NCBI GenBank assembly: GCA_963718665.1
Contig: OY970359.1
Span: 1,856,001 to 1,920,000 of the forward strand
Source: an uncultured Phycisphaerales bacterium
GTDB taxonomy: Bacteria; Planctomycetota; Phycisphaerae; Sedimentisphaerales; Anaerobacaceae
DNA: 64,000 nt
Direction of reading: 5' to 3'
Shown here: one piece after another, positions 56,473 to 64,000 of the stretch
Position numbering within the stretch: position 1 is the first letter of the stretch
How the letters are laid out: each line of letters begins with the position of its first letter
The notes under the pieces: model-generated
Told to the model about the DNA's origin: nothing
What the model saw: only the letters and a program-made list of their open reading frames with translations
The model's database searches: none
Program-made: the position numbers and the translations under genes

Positions 56473-57023
56473 AACTGCACCTCACTTTCCTGTGCTGCTT
56501 CGTCTTTAAGTATCTCTCGCAACCGTGCATAAGCCCTCGAAAGAGACTTGGTCACCGTTCCTATGGGGATATTCATTATGGTCGCGACGTCTTTGCAGGT
56601 GTGCCCGCCATAGTATCGAAGCAAAATCAACTGCCTTGAAAAATCATCGAGCTTGGCAACTGTTTTTGCCAACGGCCAGTCACGTCCGCCTTCGGATTGG
56701 GCGGGCATTTGAGCCAGTTTCTCGGCGGTCTGACGCTCTTTTTGCTCGATTCTTACCTGCTCTTTGGCGACGCGATTGGCAACGCCTAACATCCAGGCGA
56801 AAAACGATTCCGGCTTTTCGAGTGAAGACAAGCCGAAATAGCACCTGACAAATACTTCCTGCAGCGCCTCTTCCGCCAAATCGCTTCTTCCAAGCTGCCC
56901 CGCCAAATACCCCAAAACAGGCCCTTTGTATCGCCGGACGAGGTGTCGAAAATCGTCCGGATGGCCGTCAAGGCAACGCTGAATGTAAAATCCGTCATTT
57001 TCAGGCATTTTCAAGCTCCACAT
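56469..57023 (-). CDS. ECF sigma factor
   Basis: AEEALQEVFVRCY, FFAWMLGVA.R, IPIGTVTKSLSRA. Confidence 0.95.
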   Translation of the reverse strand: MWSLKMPENDGFYIQRCLDGHPDDFRHLVRRYKGPVLGYLAGQLGRSDLAEEALQEVFVRCYFGLSSLEKPESFFAWMLGVANRVAKEQVRIEQKERQTAEKLAQMPAQSEGGRDWPLAKTVAKLDDFSRQLILLRYYGGHTCKDVATIMNIPIGTVTKSLSRAYARLREILKDEAAQESEVQL

Positions 57024-57092
57024 ACTAACATATCAAAAAAACCCTGGGTCTTCACTATATAGTGATGCAAACGCCCCTTTTGCGACAAAAAA

Positions 57093-57125
57093 ATAAAAAA
57101 GGCCGGGCAAAACCACCCGGCCTTT
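57093..57125 (-). terminator. Intrinsic terminator, repeat family copy 3
   Basis: ATAAAAAAGGCCGGGCAAAACCACCCGGCCTTT. Confidence 0.8.
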
Positions 57126-57147
57126 ATGTTTGTACACGATATTCAGG

Positions 57148-58773
57148 TCATAATCCGCCGTCAACAACCCATCGTTTTGCGGGATTGTCGTTTCTCACCG
57201 CCAGGTTAAACTTTTTAACACTTGACTCGCGGCACTTCACAAAGTAAGCAGATTGCTCCGCCAACCAGGAGGATTTTCCAACCTCCACGATTGGTAATTG
57301 CTTTTGCACATCCATCCCATACTTTGCTGCCATTTCGCACTCACTCTTGAATTTCTTAGCATAAGAGTCAGGCACGAATTTTCGCATTTCGTTGAAATCC
57401 AACCTTGAAACCGCACCGTAGTATTTCTTCAACACCTCTTGCGGTGACATTTTTGCATAAGTATCGTTATCCGCCAGAACCTCCGGCTCATTCGACCATT
57501 TTATTTCCTCTGTGAGTTGCAGTTTAGAATCATACTCTCCCGTTATTACAAATCGCTTAGCGGAGTTCGCGTTGGAGAGACGCACATTAACTTCTCTCGG
57601 ACGAAGTTTAATTTCATACGGTACAAACCAGCCCGGATACTGACCGGACTTGAATGGTTCTCCCAGAGAGATGACCTGCAATCCGCCAAGATAGCTCTTC
57701 AGATTATCATCCACAGCTGACATAGGCCATAATTTGAGGAATTCACCCCAGTTTTCATCCGCACAGGCCTTAAAAAATGCCTCAGCGGTCTGTTTGGGCG
57801 TCATACTCACATAGGTTTCATTGTCCGGCAGGACCTTGGGCTGCTGTGACCATATAACATCCTGCGGCAACTCAAGCGTGAACAGCCCATCGTCGATTTG
57901 CGGATTGTATTCAATCTCATTGACCTCGAAAATCAGGACATCTCCTTTGTCTGTGTGCACAAATACCTCAAAACCTTTCAGGAGCTTGGTTTCCGCGTCA
58001 AAATAATAGACCTTCTTGTTGTTGGAGTCCGAGATGAACTTGTTCCTGAGGTAATCATTTGTATAGTTGCCGGTTGCTTTACTCTCAATCTCAAGCACTG
58101 ATTTTGGTCTGCTGCTCGATACTTCTCGTCGCAGATGCAATTCACTATCCGGTCGATTTTTAGCTTCCTGTATAGCGCTATCGAGAAGGCCATCAACGTT
58201 CAACAGATGTCCGAACCAGGTATCGAAACAGCCAATAGGATACGGCCTCTCTGCTTTGACGGCGTAATTGGGCCTCATTAACATTATTGTCGAGTTGCCG
58301 TCCGTAACAATCACGCGCTGGGGTTTCTCGATTCGCCATCGCAAAATACCCGCGTCGTCCACTTTCTTCCACATCTCGATTGGCACAAAATCATACTCCA
58401 GGCCGATTAACGCGAAGTTGTCGCCCGGAAGGGTTCGCATCTGCGCCTTGATGTGGATTGACCGCACGTCTTGAATTGCCTTAGTTGCCTCGGTAAGCAC
58501 TTGGACTGCTGCCGAAGCCGTTGGATTTGTCCTGTTCCATATCGTTGCTAAAACCACTACCCCTATTGTTATCACCGCCGCAGCGGCGAATTTGGTTATT
58601 CTGTTGTTCATAATCGTTCTCCATAAACTCATTCCGGCGGCCGGTGCCTTTGCTGCTATGGCCCTGTCAAGGGCGTTCGCGGCGTCGGCAAGAATCCGGT
58701 CTTTGTTAATAACATCCGGTTTGATTCGTATTTCTTTGGCCAGTTTTTCTATCTTTTCGTTATTCATTTTCAC
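57148..58773 (-). CDS. Anti-sigma-like membrane protein with LolA-like region and duplicated C-terminal domain
   Basis: Overlaps an ECF gene; WRTIMNNRITKFAAAAVI; repeats VLPDNETY.SMTP / VLADNDTY.KMSP and N.N.AKR(F/W)V. Confidence 0.85.
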   Translation of the reverse strand: MKMNNEKIEKLAKEIRIKPDVINKDRILADAANALDRAIAAKAPAAGMSLWRTIMNNRITKFAAAAVITIGVVVLATIWNRTNPTASAAVQVLTEATKAIQDVRSIHIKAQMRTLPGDNFALIGLEYDFVPIEMWKKVDDAGILRWRIEKPQRVIVTDGNSTIMLMRPNYAVKAERPYPIGCFDTWFGHLLNVDGLLDSAIQEAKNRPDSELHLRREVSSSRPKSVLEIESKATGNYTNDYLRNKFISDSNNKKVYYFDAETKLLKGFEVFVHTDKGDVLIFEVNEIEYNPQIDDGLFTLELPQDVIWSQQPKVLPDNETYVSMTPKQTAEAFFKACADENWGEFLKLWPMSAVDDNLKSYLGGLQVISLGEPFKSGQYPGWFVPYEIKLRPREVNVRLSNANSAKRFVITGEYDSKLQLTEEIKWSNEPEVLADNDTYAKMSPQEVLKKYYGAVSRLDFNEMRKFVPDSYAKKFKSECEMAAKYGMDVQKQLPIVEVGKSSWLAEQSAYFVKCRESSVKKFNLAVRNDNPAKRWVVDGGL

Positions 58774-59305
58774 ACTCTGTATTCAAAAGGGACCTTACTT
58801 TTTCAATCCCGTAACGATATCTGCTTTGCACCGTGTTGATTGAAGCTCCAACTTGTTCGGCAATCTGCTGAAAGGTCATATCTCCCTGTACGTGCAGGAT
58901 AAATACCTCTCGCTGCTCATAAGGCAGTTGGCCAAGCGCGTCAAACACCTGCTTGGCGCCTTCACTGGTTGTTAGCCGGCTGCTCGGCTCATCGGTATTC
59001 GCCGCAAGCTCAACCAGCCCTACATCCACGTTCGCCGACCTTGTTCTTTTTCGCAGCAGGTCGCGCGCACGGTTTGCGACGCAGCTTATCAGGTAACTCC
59101 GCAGGTTACTGTGAATCCGCAAACCCGGCACAGCCGCCGCAAAATCAATAAACGCGTCGTGAAGGCAATCTTCAGCGGTTTGAACGTCGTGAACAAGCGT
59201 CACGGCAACACTGACTAAAATATCCGTATACTTTTCATAGAGCTGGCGTAAGGCGTCTTTGTCGCCCCTTTGCAGTCGTTTCAATATTTGTTTGTCTTGC
59301 GCCAT
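58760..59305 (-). CDS. ECF sigma factor
   Basis: AEDCLHDAFIDF, LPYEQREVFILH, SINTVQSRYRYGIEKVR. Confidence 0.95.
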   Translation of the reverse strand: MAQDKQILKRLQRGDKDALRQLYEKYTDILVSVAVTLVHDVQTAEDCLHDAFIDFAAAVPGLRIHSNLRSYLISCVANRARDLLRKRTRSANVDVGLVELAANTDEPSSRLTTSEGAKQVFDALGQLPYEQREVFILHVQGDMTFQQIAEQVGASINTVQSRYRYGIEKVRSLLNTECENE

Positions 59306-59435
59306 TCCCAAACTTTCCAAAGCTATATAGCCGTTGAAGCTTCAACTATTAACCTGACGATTTTAGCGAGTGTTTTAGTTTAAAAAAACCATTTTTTTGG
59401 CCGGATTACTTTTTCGGGGTGGATAAACGTCTTTT

Positions 59436-59472
59436 GCGCATAAAAAAAGCCGGGCATAAATACCCGGCCTTT
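59436..59472 (-). terminator. Intrinsic terminator, repeat family copy 4
   Basis: GCGCATAAAAAAAGCCGGGCATAAATACCCGGCCTTT. Confidence 0.8.
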
Positions 59473-59487
59473 TGGTTTTTGCCTGTA

Positions 59488-60342
59488 TTAATCTTTTAAT
59501 TCGCGAATCCAGATATTTCTGAATCTCACCGGGTTGCCATTATGGTCCTGCAAAGATAATGAACCTTTATCGCCATGTGGGAAGTAATCGCTCATAGCGT
59601 GGGGGCCCATCCAGCCGGTCCCGCCCTGAAGCTCGACGTTATCCTGGATGAGAACCCCATTTTGAAATACGGTAAATCTCGCTTTCCTGTCCACCTTGCC
59701 GTCCTTGAAAGTCGGCCTGTGGAATACCACGTCGTATGACTGCCATTCGCCGGGCTTTCGAGACGAATTGACTAACGGCACATTGCGACCATAAAGCGCA
59801 CCGCACTGGCCGTCTGCGTAAGTGGGATTGTTATATGAATCGAGCACCTGAATCTCATAGAACTGTCGGTGGTCATTCGTCTCCATCAAAAACACGCCGC
59901 TGTTGCCGCGTCCTTGGGAACTCCCCATTACCTTCTCCGGCGTGGCGAATTCGACATGAAGCTGACAGGAGCCGAATTTCTCCTTTGTGCGAATGTCGCC
60001 GGCGTCTTTTACGACTTCGATATACCCTTCGCCAACCTTCCAGGGGAATGGCCCCTTGGGGTTCTTTACGCCTTCCCACTTGGAAACATCGTTACCCTCA
60101 AGCAGCACAACCGCATCCGATGGGGCGGTGCCGACCTTGCCATAACAGCTCGCCTCACCAGGCGTAACCACAGGCGCCATGGGCCGATTCACATCGTGAA
60201 CCATCCATTTTTGACCATCAGCTTCCACCCACTGAATTACTTCCGGCTTTTTCGGCGCCGGGGCCGCATTCGGCTCTGCGCAATTCGCAACCGTTGCCAA
60301 CAAAACAATTACCCCCAAACCCAAAATCATGTTCCTGACCAT
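59488..60342 (-). CDS. DUF1080 / 3-keto-disaccharide hydrolase family secreted protein
   Basis: APSDAVVL, GRGNSGVF, YEIQVLDS, GEWQSYD, LQDHNG.PVRFRNIWIREL. Confidence 0.92.
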   Translation of the reverse strand: MVRNMILGLGVIVLLATVANCAEPNAAPAPKKPEVIQWVEADGQKWMVHDVNRPMAPVVTPGEASCYGKVGTAPSDAVVLLEGNDVSKWEGVKNPKGPFPWKVGEGYIEVVKDAGDIRTKEKFGSCQLHVEFATPEKVMGSSQGRGNSGVFLMETNDHRQFYEIQVLDSYNNPTYADGQCGALYGRNVPLVNSSRKPGEWQSYDVVFHRPTFKDGKVDRKARFTVFQNGVLIQDNVELQGGTGWMGPHAMSDYFPHGDKGSLSLQDHNGNPVRFRNIWIRELKD

Positions 60343-60455
60343 TTTTGTTATCCTTTCAAACCCGGCTTCGCCTCGCTACGCCGAGGCGAGAACTATTAAT
60401 GTTTCCAAACCCCAGCTTTATACCCCAAACCGCCTCGCTTGCCAAGTGCAAGGTT

Positions 60456-61241
60456 TCACATTGCGTAACTGTGCAGGCCGGGGAAAAGGTGGGAGAGGTT
60501 CACCCATAACAGGGTTATTATAATGACGACAAGGCCGACGACTGCCCAGAGGGAATTTATCTGCGTGAGTCGCCTGCCGAACATATAGCGGAAATGGAAA
60601 TAGCCAATGTAAACCAGCCAGGATGCGAGCGACCATAATTCCTTCGGGTCCCAGCCCCACCAGTCACCCCAGGCGTTCTGCCCCCAGATGCTTCCGAGAA
60701 CAAGACCAAGCGTCAACAGCGGAAAACCCGCACAGACCATTCGATACGTCGCCTCTTCGGGCGAAAGCAAGTTCTCGGATTGCCTGCCCGTCAGTTGTGC
60801 TGCCGCCTGTACGGCCGCCTTTGTCATAAGGATATACGAAAGCATATAAACAAGGACGTGAGGGCCGAAAAGCCAGCTTTGCAAAGCGGGAGGCAATTGC
60901 ATCGGCTCGGCGCTGAAAACGAATCCCGCGGGAAAAAGCACAATCACCCCTATAAGCATATCAGCCGCGACGCCGCCTACCCGCAGAACGCTATTGCAGA
61001 AAATAGAAATAGGATAAGCCAAAACCCCAAGGCACAAAAACACCTCGAAAAGATTCTGCAACGGGATATGCCTGACATCAACCCAGCGATAAGCGAGAGC
61101 CGTGCAGCCGACGAGAAACCCGGCCAAGAATAAAATATGCCCCGTCTTTCGCTGACGCGATAACATAACGACAAACGCGAGGAGATACGCAGACATCGCG
61201 GCGTAAATCAGCAAACCCTGAATGGTATATTTAATCGCCAT
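60456..61241 (-). CDS. ccsA: Cytochrome c biogenesis protein CcsA/ResC
   Basis: LPPALQS.W...HV, WGQNAWGDWWGWDPKE, GLHSY. Confidence 0.95.
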   Translation of the reverse strand: MAIKYTIQGLLIYAAMSAYLLAFVVMLSRQRKTGHILFLAGFLVGCTALAYRWVDVRHIPLQNLFEVFLCLGVLAYPISIFCNSVLRVGGVAADMLIGVIVLFPAGFVFSAEPMQLPPALQSWLFGPHVLVYMLSYILMTKAAVQAAAQLTGRQSENLLSPEEATYRMVCAGFPLLTLGLVLGSIWGQNAWGDWWGWDPKELWSLASWLVYIGYFHFRYMFGRRLTQINSLWAVVGLVVIIITLLWVNLSHLFPGLHSYAM

Positions 61242-61244
61242 TAT

Positions 61245-62273
61245 TTAATCTTCCATCTCCCTGTCGCCGAAGAGGTGCCGAAGCCAGAAATGCCAGAAGA
61301 CCCCGGCGCAGAGCAGGATGTAACCGAGAAAAACTACGCCCAGCCCCTTGTCGCATGTCACGCCAAGCACCGTATATCGGCCCGCATCGCTGTCGTAACC
61401 CTGCTGATAAAAAAGATACCCGCCATAATGCAACGGTTTATTGACCTCGATATTTTTCCGTATAACGACCTTATTATCTTTAACGACCTCAACGTCGCTG
61501 AGAAAATCCTTAATCGACCTGCGATAAAAAAGCTGCAGATTGTCATCGGGCCTGGCGTGGCCGGGAAAACGCTCGAATACATATCTTGTCGTCTCGCTGC
61601 CATCGGGCTTTTTAAGCAGCAGTTCAAGTGTCGGATTAGGCCCGCCGTTGGCATCCTCAATCGCGATTTGCTTGTCACCTTCCTGCGTCAGTTTGAAATT
61701 CTCAAATCGCCTGACAATCTCAACACTGCCCAAATCAGCACCAAGTACATACTTTTGTCCCTCCTGGGCGGGAATTTTAAAACCCTCGCCCTTTTGTGTC
61801 CTGATAATTAATTGCCCGGGCTGATAATACTCGATTTTGAAATCCACGAGTTTTACCGCGAAGGGCAGCGTCTTTGTTATGCCATCTTCCAATTCCACCG
61901 CCCGCTCGGTAGTTCCCTTATTGATTATCATTTGGCCAGCGTGAATCGTGTCCGTGCCGAACAATTTATCCTGAATCCTGAACCCCGTCTGTGAGCCGAT
62001 TATGCCGCCCGCGAGGATAATTATGCAGCCCAGATGAATCAGGAAAAGCCCCCGAAAACAAAGCAGCCGGCGAAATATGGCTATTGCCGAGATTAACAGG
62101 ATTGCGAACGCAAGCCAGTAAACAGCTAATGGTATCGAATTGAAAACCCCCTTTGCCGATTCTGCCCCGATAAATGCCCCGTATATCGAAAGCAAAGTCA
62201 AAAGCAGGATAAGCAACAATCCTGCCCACAAGGCAACACGTCTTAAACCGCTTTTTAATCCCGCTGATTGCAT
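61245..62273 (-). CDS. ccsB: Cytochrome c biogenesis protein ResB/CcsB
   Basis: FLIHLG.IIILAG, LPFAVKL.DF.IEYY, IEVNKPLHYGGY.FYQ; adjacent to ccsA. Confidence 0.88.
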   Translation of the reverse strand: MQSAGLKSGLRRVALWAGLLLILLLTLLSIYGAFIGAESAKGVFNSIPLAVYWLAFAILLISAIAIFRRLLCFRGLFLIHLGCIIILAGGIIGSQTGFRIQDKLFGTDTIHAGQMIINKGTTERAVELEDGITKTLPFAVKLVDFKIEYYQPGQLIIRTQKGEGFKIPAQEGQKYVLGADLGSVEIVRRFENFKLTQEGDKQIAIEDANGGPNPTLELLLKKPDGSETTRYVFERFPGHARPDDNLQLFYRRSIKDFLSDVEVVKDNKVVIRKNIEVNKPLHYGGYLFYQQGYDSDAGRYTVLGVTCDKGLGVVFLGYILLCAGVFWHFWLRHLFGDREMED

Positions 62274-62403
62274 AATCGCCTTCAAAACCCGACAAAATGA
62301 AAAACGCATTATCACAAAAACAACTGCATTCGCAAGCACAATGCGGTTTTTGGCATCCTAAGATATGGCAGTAGGGGGTAACGGGGGTTATAATAGGCCC
62401 GAT

Positions 62404-63678
62404 ATGGAATTAGTGCTTCAGAGCGTAAATTATCACGATTGCCCGATTGGCCAGCGGGAAAAGGTGTCGCTCGCCAATGGCCAACAACAGGAGATGCTGC
62501 GTGCGCTGCTTGATAAGGATGGCATCGTCGAGGCAGCCATTTTGCAAACCTGCAACCGCACCGAGATTTACCTTTACGCTAAAAAAAATATCGACTGGAT
62601 AAAGCCCGTCAGCGAGCTGATGGGGCAACTCGGTGATGAAGCAGGGCAAACTTGGCAAAAGTACTGCCTGCAAAAACGTGGTATCGACGTCGCGCGACAC
62701 CTTTTTGCTGTTGCCGCGGGCCTTGATTCGCAAATGCTGGGCGAAAACCAGATACTCTCACAGGTAAAGGCCGCTTATATTGAGTCAATCGGATGCCGGG
62801 CGAGCAGGTTTATATTTCATCGGCTATTTCATACTGCGTTTCGCGTAGGCAAGGCAGTGCGAACACAAACCGATATCAACTGTGGTGCCGTCTCAATAAG
62901 TTTGGCAGCCGTCGAGCTGGCAAAAGAAAAAATCAAGTCCGGTAAAGCAGTCGCAATGATAATCGGCGCGGGTGAAAACGCGGAGCTGGCGGCAAGATAT
63001 TTAGTCAAGGCGGGACTTAAGCAACTTATTATCGCCAACAGGAACAAAGCCAACGCCGACGAGCTTTGCGAACGCTTAGGCACAGGTCGTGTAATAGGTC
63101 TCGATGAAATACCTGCCTGCTTAGATGAAGCCGACTTGGTAATTGCCTCAACAGGCGCAACGCAACCCGTAGTCAATTACGAAAACGTTAAAGATGTCCT
63201 GAACAAACGTAAAAAACCGCTGCTGATGATTGATATAGCTGTCCCCAGGGACATCGATGAGCGAATCGCGCAATTCGACTGCGTAACAATCGTCAATATC
63301 GACGACCTCGACAAGCGAATAGCCGTCAACAGGGAAAAACGCTCGACCGAAATCCCCAAAGCCGAAAAAATCATCGATGACTTCACAAAACAATTCGCAA
63401 GCTGGCGCGACTCGTTATCCGTCGTCCCAGTTGTTACCCAGCTCACTCAAAGGGCGATTGAATTGGCGCGTGCCGAGGCCAGACGCTACGCCAAGGACTT
63501 TGGCATCGAAAATGCAGCCAAACTCGAAACCTTCGCCGAATCGCTTGCCAAAAAGCTCCTCCACGGCCCGGTCACTTTCCTCAAAGACGCTGGCGACGAT
63601 GACCCCACCACCCAGCAGCTTCGCGCCCTTGACCTGGTAAATAAAATGTTCCTTCTCGACGAAGAGCAGCCGAAATGA
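62404..63678 (+). CDS. hemA: Glutamyl-tRNA reductase
   Basis: TCNRTEIY, VAAGLDSQMLGENQIL.QVK, IGAGE, DIAVPRDI. Confidence 0.97.
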   Translation: MELVLQSVNYHDCPIGQREKVSLANGQQQEMLRALLDKDGIVEAAILQTCNRTEIYLYAKKNIDWIKPVSELMGQLGDEAGQTWQKYCLQKRGIDVARHLFAVAAGLDSQMLGENQILSQVKAAYIESIGCRASRFIFHRLFHTAFRVGKAVRTQTDINCGAVSISLAAVELAKEKIKSGKAVAMIIGAGENAELAARYLVKAGLKQLIIANRNKANADELCERLGTGRVIGLDEIPACLDEADLVIASTGATQPVVNYENVKDVLNKRKKPLLMIDIAVPRDIDERIAQFDCVTIVNIDDLDKRIAVNREKRSTEIPKAEKIIDDFTKQFASWRDSLSVVPVVTQLTQRAIELARAEARRYAKDFGIENAAKLETFAESLAKKLLHGPVTFLKDAGDDDPTTQQLRALDLVNKMFLLDEEQPK

Positions 63679-64000
63679 AAAAAACGCTCACCATCGCGAC
63701 TCGCACTGGCTCGCTGGCTATTGTCCAAACCAAAATCGTCGTAGCCGCAATACAAAAACTTTTTCCCGCCCTTGATATCCGCATAAAAAAAATTGCAAGC
63801 CAGGGCGACAAAGACCGACGAACAACACTCTGGGAATTGAAAGAGACCGGCTTTTTCACGTCTTTGCTCGAAGACGCATTGCTCGCGGGCCAGGCGGATG
63901 CAGCCGTTCACAGTTTCAAAGACCTCCCGACCGCAATCCGCAAAGGACTCACAATCGAAGCTGTACTTGAACGGAAATTTCCCGAAGATTGTCTCGTAAC
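63675..64000 (+). CDS. hemC: Hydroxymethylbilane synthase, 5' part (runs off the window)
   Basis: MKKTLTIATRTGSLAIVQT...GD...GFFT..LE.ALL...ADAAVHSFKDLP; ATGA overlap with hemA. Confidence 0.93.
   Translation, partial: MKKTLTIATRTGSLAIVQTKIVVAAIQKLFPALDIRIKKIASQGDKDRRTTLWELKETGFFTSLLEDALLAGQADAAVHSFKDLPTAIRKGLTIEAVLERKFPEDCLV

Noticed and set aside
52223..59472. Integron attC sites between the ECF cassettes
   Set aside because: The repeats are simple GC hairpins with a U tract and lack RYYYAAC/GTTRRRY ends. No integron integrase is present.
60361..60390. Hairpin CTCGC/GCGAG upstream of the DUF1080 gene as another REP family
   Set aside because: Only one copy in the window, so it cannot be supported as a repeat.
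1..63911. Numerous short antisense or alternate-frame ORFs in the track (e.g. 13975-14658, 27500-28129, 42434-43063)
   Set aside because: They overlap well-supported genes and show no protein motifs; treated as shadow ORFs.
1..64000. CRISPR array, rRNA, intact transposase or integrase
   Set aside because: No regularly spaced repeat-spacer series, no rRNA-like segment, and no ORF with recognisable recombinase or transposase motifs was seen.

Overview
This is a 64 kb bacterial chromosome segment. Its gene content (DUF1559/H-X9-DG pilin-like gene, dockerin-like C-terminus, TPR/alpha-CTD protein, FlgI-HEAT protein next to smc, many ECF/anti-sigma pairs) points to a planctomycete, probably Phycisphaerae (inference). 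The backbone is housekeeping: rpsP, ffh, smc, rmuC, recJ, murE-murF-mraY, ahcY, nikR, a metX-metW fusion, amrS, frameshifted pdxB, folP, lon, tgt, a SpoIID-domain gene, ccsA/ccsB, hemA and partial hemC. The main accessory element is a ~9.9 kb island without a recognisable integrase (29604-39532), bounded by a duplicated 3' end of tRNA-Val(CAC). It looks like a self-contained regulatory circuit: an ECF sigma factor, an anti-sigma with four tandem zinc-finger motifs, an HTH-WYL regulator, and a bipartite promoter (CGTCAACATTT-N12-CGCCTT) found three times exactly plus variants. These promoters point into the WYL gene, a candidate sRNA, a GIY-YIG-like/mini-WYL operon, and a secreted polyprotein. 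The polyprotein carries a C39-type peptidase followed by its own double-glycine leader and an 84-aa, 10-Cys C-terminal peptide. Other highlights: an array of three ECF/anti-sigma pairs whose anti-sigmas all contain an internal Shine-Dalgarno plus ATG, nested palindromic repeats forming the S16 tail, a palindromic repeat in frame in murE, and a stand-alone SRP M-domain-like ORF overlapping ffh. All calls were made by eye from motifs; no database searches were run.
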